64,000 nt of DNA from Rhodanobacteraceae bacterium (GCA_035708045.1 DASSTF010000201.1:5295-69294), one strand, 5' to 3'; positions 40,013 to 48,111 are shown, numbered from the stretch's first letter. Numbers and translations: made by a program. Notes: generated by a model from the letters alone, not told the origin.

Positions 40013-41080
40013 CTAGGCAATGGCAAGTTGCGCGTGTGGAATGCGCGGCACGAAATCGGCAAAGATGGCGTCTTCGGGACGCATGGAGCCATCCACCCAT
40101 TCCAGTTTCCCGAGTCTCGGCTCTCCGTGGAGGATCCAGTGGCCGGGACAATCGCGCACGGCCCAGCTTGCGTAACTCAGGGTCAGTTCGACGATGACCG
40201 GTTCGGAACCGCGGCGGAGGATGTCCACCGCCACCGTCTGCGCCTGCATTGCGTGCGCCACCTGATAGGCGAGCCGGATGGCGTCCTCCCGGATCGGCGC
40301 CGGATCCCAGTCGATGCGTCCGCTGCCGCTGGCGCGGAAGTCGCCGGGGCGGTTGAAACGGCGAAAGGCGAAAGCGCGATTGCCGATGATGGTGACGCGC
40401 ACGTCGTATTCGTTGCCGGCGAGAAATTGCTGGGCGAAAAAGTAGCCATGTTGCAGTTCGGCATCGCTGGTCGAGCCGTTGGGGTTGTGGCCTTCGACGA
40501 TCTTGGCCGCGTTGCGCAGCCTGCGCAGCATGAGCCGTGCTCGCGGGGCAGGACGATATCCCAGCGACACGAGGCCGCTTCCGAACATCTGATCGACATA
40601 GAACAGCGCATCGCTGCGTTTGCGCACGAGCCGCACATTCGTCGACTGGTAACCGGTCGCCAGCTTCAGCACGAAGGGGTACGTGGCGGCATGGCAGAAC
40701 TGTTCCGCCTGCTGGCGCGTCCACAGGATATGGGTGGCCGGCGTCGGCACTCCGGCCGCGGCCAGAAAATAATACTGGCCGATCTTGTCCTCGAAATGCC
40801 ATGAGCTTTTCAGCGACGGGAATACCGGCATGTTCATGCCGGCCTCGATGGCGTAAAGCAGCCGTTTGGCGTACAGACGCGGATGGGCGGAAGGATCGCA
40901 GCGCCACATGAAAGCATCGCATGCGGCGATTCGGGAAATGATGTCGGGCGAAAACACGTCCACGGGGACCACGTCGATGTCGTGGCGCTGCGCCAGCTCG
41001 GTCCAGCGCTTGGAAAACGACTGGTACTCGCCGTTGTGGTGCACGACTTCATCGGGTTGAATCGCGATCTTGAACGTCAT
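40013..41080 (-). CDS. RimK-like ATP-grasp ligase (copy 1)
   Basis: HFEDKIGQ, YPFVLKL, AQQFLAG, DVRVTIIG, RPGDFRASGSG and AVDI...IVE motifs. Confidence 0.82.
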   Translation of the reverse strand: MTFKIAIQPDEVVHHNGEYQSFSKRWTELAQRHDIDVVPVDVFSPDIISRIAACDAFMWRCDPSAHPRLYAKRLLYAIEAGMNMPVFPSLKSSWHFEDKIGQYYFLAAAGVPTPATHILWTRQQAEQFCHAATYPFVLKLATGYQSTNVRLVRKRSDALFYVDQMFGSGLVSLGYRPAPRARLMLRRLRNAAKIVEGHNPNGSTSDAELQHGYFFAQQFLAGNEYDVRVTIIGNRAFAFRRFNRPGDFRASGSGRIDWDPAPIREDAIRLAYQVAHAMQAQTVAVDILRRGSEPVIVELTLSYASWAVRDCPGHWILHGEPRLGKLEWVDGSMRPEDAIFADFVPRIPHAQLAIA

Positions 41081-42638
41081 CGGCCAGAACCTCCCGTAGG
41101 CTGGTTCGCTTGCGCAGGTCTCTTATCATGGAGTCAATCTGATCGAGGTAGATGACCAGTGGCGAAATGCAGGGATGGACGTGGCCGCGGGTCAGCATCC
41201 CGGCCAGCAACTTGGCTCGCGGCATGACGTTGTTCAGCAGCGGCGATGGCCTGCGCAACAGGAACCGGTGGGTGGCCTCGGCCAGAAAACGCGCTCTCGC
41301 ATGTGTATCGTCGGTGGGTGCCGCTGTCTTGTGGTTCGCGTACGGAATATGTGCAAAGGCGGGGTAGGCGCGCGCTATCGCGTCGGTATGGAAGGTGCGA
41401 TCCATCAACATGCCGATCGGCAGCGTGATCATGAAGTCGAACAGGTCGTGATCCAGATAAGGCGCATGCACCTGGGGTATGCCCTTCAGCAGGCCGTAGG
41501 GTGCGAGCGCGATCATCCGGCGCGTGCGGTTCCAGAAGGAAAAGGAAGCGACGGGATTGGGCATGTCGAGGTGCTTTTCCACCTCCCGCGCAATCCGGTG
41601 GATGGCGATTTCCGGATCGGTGGCCTTGTTGAGCCTGCCGCTCAACACGCGGCTCAGGCCCGAGTACGAGGCGGCATGTTTTTCCAGCAGGGCAATGGCC
41701 ACAGCCCTCGGGTCGCGTTCGCGAAAGGCCGAGGCAAGGTGCGGGTCGAGAAAGACGCTCTGTGACCATACGTCGCCCGCGATGCCGTCATAAACGCCCT
41801 CGAATCGTCCATTCAGGAAATCGGCCAATGCGATGTACCAGCCATGCGCACTGGCACAGAATCCCGTCTCCCGGTTTTTGCGCAGCTGTGCCGCCAGCAA
41901 CGACAATTGCTGATCGATGACGACATGCCTGAAACCAAGTTCGCGGCACAGCAACCTGGCGATTTCGGGATCCTGGTTCGGATACGGCGGGTTGTCCCTT
42001 GCCGAAACACAAAGCGCGGGCGGGCGCCCGGTGCGATGCAGTTCCAGCAGGATGTGCCGGCAATCGCGGCCGCCGCTGACGGGCACGGCGAAGTTGCCGG
42101 GCTCGGGCGCACGCTTTTCCATCGATCGTGCGAACAGGGCGATGTAGGCATCGATGGCGTCGTCACGCGATGCCTGTGTTGCTTTGGGTGTCGGCGGGTA
42201 TCTGCCGTGACATGCGAGCTTGCCGTTTTCCCATGTGAACACGGCATGGGGTGGCACGGCCTTGATGGCCGAGAATGGCGTGTCGTCACCGGCAAATGAT
42301 CCCAGTCTGAAAAAAACGGCGAGCGCCTCGGTGTTCAACGCCGGCGACGCGCCGAGTTCGAGCAGACGGATCGGCGATGTGGAAATGGCGATTCCGCCGT
42401 CGGGAGGTTGGAACCAGAAAAGCGGGTGCAATCCATACCGATCGTTGTGCACCACAAGACGCACGCCGTCCCAGCGCCAGCTTGCGAAAATGCCATCGTC
42501 GACGTCATGGTTGGCCGAAGGTAGACGGTGGCCGCACTCGGCGGCAGCCTGTCCCGACGTTTCCCATCGCCCGTCGCGCTTGACCGCCATGAAGTACGGT
42601 GCATGGGTGATGCGTGGATGATTCGAATCTGGAGACAT
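41049..42638 (-). CDS. Asparagine synthetase-like ATP-dependent amide ligase lacking the N-terminal Cys (copy 1)
   Basis: DGIFASWRWD...NDRYGLHPLF, PP-loop PVSGGRDCR, YDGIAGD and HAPYLDHDL motifs. Confidence 0.75.
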   Translation of the reverse strand: MSPDSNHPRITHAPYFMAVKRDGRWETSGQAAAECGHRLPSANHDVDDGIFASWRWDGVRLVVHNDRYGLHPLFWFQPPDGGIAISTSPIRLLELGASPALNTEALAVFFRLGSFAGDDTPFSAIKAVPPHAVFTWENGKLACHGRYPPTPKATQASRDDAIDAYIALFARSMEKRAPEPGNFAVPVSGGRDCRHILLELHRTGRPPALCVSARDNPPYPNQDPEIARLLCRELGFRHVVIDQQLSLLAAQLRKNRETGFCASAHGWYIALADFLNGRFEGVYDGIAGDVWSQSVFLDPHLASAFRERDPRAVAIALLEKHAASYSGLSRVLSGRLNKATDPEIAIHRIAREVEKHLDMPNPVASFSFWNRTRRMIALAPYGLLKGIPQVHAPYLDHDLFDFMITLPIGMLMDRTFHTDAIARAYPAFAHIPYANHKTAAPTDDTHARARFLAEATHRFLLRRPSPLLNNVMPRAKLLAGMLTRGHVHPCISPLVIYLDQIDSMIRDLRKRTSLREVLADDVQDRDSTR

Positions 42639-42707
42639 GGTGATTCCTGACGGGTGTCGATCCGGGCTGTTGATGGCGGGCATCACCGAACCTCGGCTTC
42701 CCTGTCG

Positions 42708-44153
42708 TCACTCCGATTTTCGCAACAAATGGATCATTTCCAGGCACTCCTTGCGAAACGCGACCCACATGAACAGGCTGTAGACGAGTGCGCCGACGCC
42801 GGCCATGACGATCAATGTCACCACGCCATTGGAGAGATGGCGGGTCATTGCCTCGCGCACGAGTATCACAGCGAGATACATCACCGCTCCCCCCAGTGCC
42901 GGCCCGAGCATGGGTTGCAGGTAATCGCGGAATCGCAATCCAAGTTGCGGCAGGGAAATGATGAGTTGTATGAAACGTACGATGGGATAGGCGACAAGCC
43001 ATACCAGGGAAGCTCCCAGCAATCCGCCGTAGCGCGTGCCGACGTAGAACGAAGGCAGCATGACGATCACGCAGACAAGTACGTTGATCGTGCCGATGTG
43101 CGGCTTCCCTATCGCCGTCAAGGCCCCCGTGCCGCCGTGGGACACCATGCGCACGGGCATGATCAGGCTCAACAGTTGCAGCGGTACGATCGCGCGGTCC
43201 CAACGTTGTCCAAGAACGACGGTGATCAGATCCGGAGAGACGCTCGAAATACCCCAGAAAATGGGAAAGGACAGGATGCTGATGACGCGTATCGCCTTGC
43301 GGTAATGGGATCGAATGACCGCCATGTCGTCCTGCACGGCGGAGTAGGCCGCCAGACCCACCTCGCTCAGCAACTCGCTGACCTTGCGCATGGGCAGGGT
43401 GGCCAGTTCCATGGCGATCGAGTAGAAGCCCAGGCTGGTCTTGCCGAGCATTTTGCCGATGATGAAAACGTCGGCCTGCGAGTACGCATACCAGAGCAGC
43501 CGGGTGGACGTGACGAAGCCGCCAAAACGGAGCATGTCGGCCACTTCCGCGCGGGGAAGTCGCGGTCGGCACGGGTAGCGCGCGGCCACCATCAGCCCGA
43601 TGGGACGTATGACCGCTCCCGCCAGGCTGCCATAGACCAGCGCCCATACACCCGCACCGAGCAAAGCGAGCGCCAATGTCGTGAAGCCGTTGCCCATCGT
43701 CACCACGAGATTCACGATCGACTTGTGCTTGAAATGCATGCGCCGGCTGAGCATGGCGTCCTGCACCACGCCGATGGATGCAAGGGGAAACTGGATGCCG
43801 AGGATGCGTATCATGCCGGTCAGGCGCGGATCGCCGAAGAAGACGGACAGCAGCGGCGCGCAAAAGAACACCACGACGTAAATGGCACTGTTGGTGATGA
43901 TCAGGAATCCGAATGCCTGCTCGACCTGGCGCGTAGTGATGTCCCGCTTCTGCACCATGGCCGAATACAGCCCCATTTCGCGAAACAGGGCCGCAAAACC
44001 GACCATCATGCCCGCGATCGCCATCAGCCCGTAGTCGGATGGTTGAAGAACGCGGATCACCACCAGCGTGATCACCCATGCGATGAACTGGCCGACGAAG
44101 CGCACGCCCGTCAGCCATTTCAGCGAATGCAGGACGTTGTTGCGCAGGCTCAT
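42708..44153 (-). CDS. Wzx-type polysaccharide flippase (WzxC/PST family)
   Basis: 12-14 TMs. RVLQPSDYGL, GVWALVYG and DVFIIGKMLGKTSLGFY motifs. Confidence 0.9.
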   Translation of the reverse strand: MSLRNNVLHSLKWLTGVRFVGQFIAWVITLVVIRVLQPSDYGLMAIAGMMVGFAALFREMGLYSAMVQKRDITTRQVEQAFGFLIITNSAIYVVVFFCAPLLSVFFGDPRLTGMIRILGIQFPLASIGVVQDAMLSRRMHFKHKSIVNLVVTMGNGFTTLALALLGAGVWALVYGSLAGAVIRPIGLMVAARYPCRPRLPRAEVADMLRFGGFVTSTRLLWYAYSQADVFIIGKMLGKTSLGFYSIAMELATLPMRKVSELLSEVGLAAYSAVQDDMAVIRSHYRKAIRVISILSFPIFWGISSVSPDLITVVLGQRWDRAIVPLQLLSLIMPVRMVSHGGTGALTAIGKPHIGTINVLVCVIVMLPSFYVGTRYGGLLGASLVWLVAYPIVRFIQLIISLPQLGLRFRDYLQPMLGPALGGAVMYLAVILVREAMTRHLSNGVVTLIVMAGVGALVYSLFMWVAFRKECLEMIHLLRKSE

Positions 44154-44396
44154 GTGGAGCTGTTCTTGTGATTCGCGTGGATAGGTGCTGTTGGCCATAA
44201 AAATTGTCCGAACCTCGCATGCGGATGCCTGTCCGCTTCAGCGTCGTTCCGGTAAAGGGTTGGCGTATTTCATGGCGTCGCCGTGCATTCGCAAATCGAC
44301 CCGGCATTCAGGTTGAGCACAAGTGGCAGTGCCATCATGGGCGGGAAATCCCCAATACATGCGTAATTGACATGTCTTCGATCGCGGGTATCGCTC

Positions 44397-45086
44397 ATGG
44401 GAACTCTGGTTGTGCAGGCGCTGGTTCTGTTCGCGTTGACGGTCGCGTTGGGCTTGTGGCTTTTCTGGTTTCCTTACCCCTCGCCACTCGTGCGGCGCTG
44501 GTTGCCGCCACGCAAGCGTTGGCCGGAAGCGCAGGTACGGCGCTGGCTGAAGACGAAACGGTTTCAGCGCGCATTCGTGCGTTATTTCTATCGCGATCCG
44601 GAACGCATACCTCCGCCTGGCACCAGCCTGCTGGCGCCTGCGGATGGGTTGGTGACCAGCGCGGAAGTGCGCGCCGGCATACGTTACCTGGTGATCGCGC
44701 TGAGCTTCTGGGACATGCATGTGCAACGCAGCCCGGTGTCCGGCAGGGTGCTGGGCGTGGAGTCGAAAGGCGACGACTTCATGGATGGCGAGGGGCGCGG
44801 ATTTGCCTTTCTCGATGAGAAACCCTGTCCTGTGCAAAAACGTCTGGTGGTGTCGACCGGGACCGGACATGTTGCCGTGCGCCTGATTACCAGCCTCGCG
44901 GCACGCCGGATCGAAACCTGGGTGCGTGAGGGCGACGAGGTGGAGCGGGGCCAGAGGATCGGCAGGATCCTGCTGGGCAGCACGGTGGTGCTTGAACTCC
45001 CGGCCACGACCGAGTTGCTGGTGCACAAGGGCGATCGCGTGCGGGCGGGAGAAACGGCTGTCGCCCAGGGTTTGCAGTCGCCATGA
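44397..45086 (+). CDS. Phosphatidylserine decarboxylase-like proenzyme (short type)
   Basis: N-terminal TM, YFYRDPER, APADG, DMHVQRSPVSG and pyruvoyl cleavage motif LLGST. Confidence 0.82.
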   Translation: MGTLVVQALVLFALTVALGLWLFWFPYPSPLVRRWLPPRKRWPEAQVRRWLKTKRFQRAFVRYFYRDPERIPPPGTSLLAPADGLVTSAEVRAGIRYLVIALSFWDMHVQRSPVSGRVLGVESKGDDFMDGEGRGFAFLDEKPCPVQKRLVVSTGTGHVAVRLITSLAARRIETWVREGDEVERGQRIGRILLGSTVVLELPATTELLVHKGDRVRAGETAVAQGLQSP

Positions 45087-45286
45087 ACGGTTTTCTATGG
45101 GCATACGATCATTTGGGCTGGGGCATTTTTTCGGTAGCCGTTTTCACGGGCCTGTGGTGGTTGCTTGGCGACATGGTCTGGCGATTGAAAAACATCGGTA
45201 TCGGTCGGCTTGCGGCAACCATGTTTTGCGGCTGGATCGTGGGCGTCGGACTGATCGTGCTGGGCTTTTTTCTGGGCAGCCGATAG
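45083..45286 (+). CDS. Small two-TM membrane protein (67 aa)
   Basis: ATGA overlap with the psd-like gene. Two clear hydrophobic helices. Confidence 0.62.
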   Translation: MNGFLWAYDHLGWGIFSVAVFTGLWWLLGDMVWRLKNIGIGRLAATMFCGWIVGVGLIVLGFFLGSR

Positions 45287-45320
45287 GGGATACACCGACG
45301 GATTCGCATGGCGCCGGGAA

Positions 45321-47576
45321 TCATTGCGATACCGTGCGCGGCAGTACCGCGAAGTTGGGGTAGTTGTTGTAGGCATGCGGTGGATCGGGTTTCACACTGC
45401 GGGACTGGAAAATCCGCCATGCGGTTTTGGCTTTTGGCAGACCGCTGTCGGTTGCCGCGGCAAGACCGATCTGGAAATTGGCCGGAAATCCAGTTGCCGA
45501 AGAGGGATATCCGGCCATTTGACCGACTTGCCATGCGTTTCCCGTCAACTTTTCCATGGCGGAAACCATTCCGGATGAATTGCAGACATGGCCGACGAGG
45601 GTCGGGAACGTCGTCGCGTAAACGGCGGTGTATGACGGCAGCCAGCGCCCGGATTTGTCCTTGACCTGGATGTTGTATGCCGATGCCTCCAGCCAGCAAT
45701 ATCCGTGTGCGGGATTGCTCTGCCAGTCGGTCATCAGGCCGATTTCGAATTTGGCCAGCCAATCCCGGAATGCCGCCGCCCCGGCAAAGCCCAGTTCCGC
45801 GGCATGGCCCGCCGACCACGTCAGGAAGTTGTGTTGCCATGGAGCGACGCCGTTGCGCTTGCCGCCGTTCAAGTTGTAGATCGCGCCGCCATGCATCAGC
45901 CCCAACGGATTGGCCTTCGGATTGTGGGTGTATCTCCTGTTCCAGTATTCGAGGGAATGGATGACGTTGGCGTTGAATTCGGCCTTGAGCGGGTAATCGT
46001 CGGGAAGCAGCCAGGCGGCGTCCGCCATCTCGCGCAGCACCCAGGCCTTGCCGCGTACCTGGCCATGGCTTGGGCCGATCAGTCCCTTGGAGAAACCGCG
46101 GTAGCGCTCGTTCGACCAGATGTTGTTGTGCGAGGCGCCAAACGCCAGTTCGGACAGGTAGTAGTAATCCCCCGTCACCATGTAGGCGACGTAGGATTCC
46201 GCCGGCTGGTGCGCGTTGTCCCAGTGATTCGGATTGTCGGTGCTGTACCAGTCATGATTGCAGCCGTTGACGACTGCGTTGTTGGTGCAACTGTGCAGCA
46301 GGTCGGCTTTGTATTTGGCGCCCTTGCTGCCGTTTTGCTTCGCCATGCGGGCGGCAGACGCCGAATTGGCGATGGTGGCATAGGGATGTTTCCGAATGCT
46401 GACCGGCCAGCCGGTTTGCGCATCACGGTAATGGATACTGTAGGCGCCCAGCGCATCCGTGTTGGCCAGCATCCAGCGGTATGCGCGCACGTCGGGGTCG
46501 ACGATGTATACGCTGGCCCAGCGTGGCAGTGGCCCAATGGCGGCCTGCGCGCCCGTACTCTGCATGGCCCTGGTCTGATCGCAGTGGTCGAGTGGCGGAC
46601 AGGACTGGCGCAATCCGTCCAGGAATTTCGCGTCGGGCTGCAGCGTCATGTAGCGCGACACCGCCTTGCTGTCCTGGATGTAACGGGTGTCCTGGCGCAA
46701 ATACACCTGCGGTTCGTCGCCGTTCCACCAGAGCACATGGTGCCAGCGGGTGTACGCGTATTGCGTGAGTGACGGACTGGTGTAGCTCGCGCTTCCCGAC
46801 GTCAAGGTGGCCGTGTAGCGTGGCTGCGTCTGCGGCGCGAAGGCGTCCGAATTCTCCACGATGATGTCGGTACGCACTTGCCCGACCGTGCCGGGCGTGG
46901 GGCCGGCATAGGCGCGTACCACGAAATACACGCGCAAGTTCGGCGGCGTATCGCCGTTGGGAGCCGTCACGGCGCCATTGACGACCCACGCACTGGCGAG
47001 CGGGCCGGACAACCACACATTGCAGTGCGGATTCCAGGCCTTGCAGGTATGCGTCTTGCTGGCGACCTGCAACAGGCTGCGCGCGTCCGCGGTGTAGGTT
47101 GCCGTGGCGGATTTGAGTGACACTTTGGCGTCATAACCGGTCGCGAGCAGTTGCGGCAAGGTGATTGAAGGGCTCCGCTGCGGTTTGGTGGATCCAGCGT
47201 TGATGGAAAGCACCAGCGGCAGATCCGCATCGTCCGGCAACGATGGAACCATCACGGTCAGCACCGCGTGACGGAGGCTTCCATCCGGATGGGTGGCCTT
47301 GGCATCCACCTGCAATGCCACGGGATGACCATCTAGAGTGGCGGTCAATGTTGCTCCGTGAGGTACGTCGCCCGCCTTGAAGACCTGGCCGAAGGTCACC
47401 GGAACGTGGGTTTGCGCGTGTTTCGACTGGCTGATCACGTGATCGGTCACCACCGTTGCCGCCTGCGCGGTGACAGCGCCGATCAGCAGGAAAAAGGTCG
47501 CACAGCGACAAAGGATTTTCGTCAAGGTTGGGTTGAATCGACGCGCCTGATGGCGCGTTGCCGATGGTGTGCTCAT
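45321..47576 (-). CDS. Large secreted protein, candidate polysaccharide lyase/hydrolase (PcRGLX/YetA-like architecture)
   Basis: Signal-like segment FFLLIGAVTAQA. N-terminal VPVTFGQVF..GD...QVD.KAT.PDGS. C-terminal helical-toroid-like motifs DNAHQP, YMVTGDYYY and QVRGKAW. Start uncertain (47576-47606). Confidence 0.6.
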   Translation of the reverse strand: MSTPSATRHQARRFNPTLTKILCRCATFFLLIGAVTAQAATVVTDHVISQSKHAQTHVPVTFGQVFKAGDVPHGATLTATLDGHPVALQVDAKATHPDGSLRHAVLTVMVPSLPDDADLPLVLSINAGSTKPQRSPSITLPQLLATGYDAKVSLKSATATYTADARSLLQVASKTHTCKAWNPHCNVWLSGPLASAWVVNGAVTAPNGDTPPNLRVYFVVRAYAGPTPGTVGQVRTDIIVENSDAFAPQTQPRYTATLTSGSASYTSPSLTQYAYTRWHHVLWWNGDEPQVYLRQDTRYIQDSKAVSRYMTLQPDAKFLDGLRQSCPPLDHCDQTRAMQSTGAQAAIGPLPRWASVYIVDPDVRAYRWMLANTDALGAYSIHYRDAQTGWPVSIRKHPYATIANSASAARMAKQNGSKGAKYKADLLHSCTNNAVVNGCNHDWYSTDNPNHWDNAHQPAESYVAYMVTGDYYYLSELAFGASHNNIWSNERYRGFSKGLIGPSHGQVRGKAWVLREMADAAWLLPDDYPLKAEFNANVIHSLEYWNRRYTHNPKANPLGLMHGGAIYNLNGGKRNGVAPWQHNFLTWSAGHAAELGFAGAAAFRDWLAKFEIGLMTDWQSNPAHGYCWLEASAYNIQVKDKSGRWLPSYTAVYATTFPTLVGHVCNSSGMVSAMEKLTGNAWQVGQMAGYPSSATGFPANFQIGLAAATDSGLPKAKTAWRIFQSRSVKPDPPHAYNNYPNFAVLPRTVSQ

Positions 47577-47736
47577 ACCCACGTAGGTGACTCCTTGGTG
47601 ACGCAAGTCGGGTGGTCTTTCAATAGTCGGGTTTCCCGCGCCGTTGACAGCACGTGTCGATGTTGATCGGGCAACCCTATACCCATGTTCATGAACCTCA
47701 ATTGCATGGTTTTATTTCATCCTTTTGGAAATGACG

Positions 47737-47994
47737 CTGTTCACCCTTCGATACCTCAGGGCGAACGGAAGTTTTCACTCTTTCATCACGCCATTGCGCT
47801 GGATCCCCCATTCAGGGATTCGGGCTTACCGTTTGTGATCCCGTCTCACCGTTCGTGGCCCGAACTCACCGTTCGTGGCCCGATCTCACCGTTCGTGGCC
47901 CGATCTCACCGTTCGTGGTGAGGTATCGAACCATGAACAGCCTCAGCCCGATCTGGAATGGCGCTGTTCGCCCTTCGATACTTCAGAACGAACG
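47737..47994. repeat. Cluster of three ~32-bp REP-like hairpins (CCTTCGA...CTCAGG.CGAACGG family)
   Basis: Copies at 47737-47768 (+), 47909-47940 (inverted) and 47964-47994 (+). Confidence 0.8.
47821..47920 (+). repeat. Tandem repeat, 20-bp unit x5 (consensus CGATCTCACCGTTCGTGGCC)
   Basis: Directly visible. The first copy is degenerate and the last runs into the REP at 47909. Confidence 0.92.
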
Positions 47995-48095
47995 AGGGTT
48001 TTGATTTTCATTGCACCATCACATTTACTTCAGGTTTCGCTTTCGAATTCAAATCACGGGCAATGCCAGGCATGTTTGTCAGGTGCTTGCCATCG

Positions 48096-48111
48096 TGGCA
48101 TCGGGCTTGCT
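48096..48111 (+). promoter_or_regulatory. Candidate sigma54 (-24/-12) promoter for wecB-prsK-prsR-prsT-galE
   Basis: TGGCATCGGGCTTGCT has exact GG-N10-GC spacing and lies about 100 bp upstream of the wecB ATG. Confidence 0.65.

Noticed and set aside
36341-42638. RiPP cluster (lasso cyclase-like + graspetide ATP-grasp + methyltransferase)
   Set aside because: I saw no precursor peptide, RRE/B protein, peptidase or ABC exporter, and the genes follow a Wzx flippase inside an EPS locus. Glycan tailoring is more parsimonious, though a distant precursor cannot be excluded.
47821-47920. Possible CRISPR array
   Set aside because: The 20-bp units are directly adjacent with no unique spacers, and there are no cas genes. 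It is a tandem repeat.
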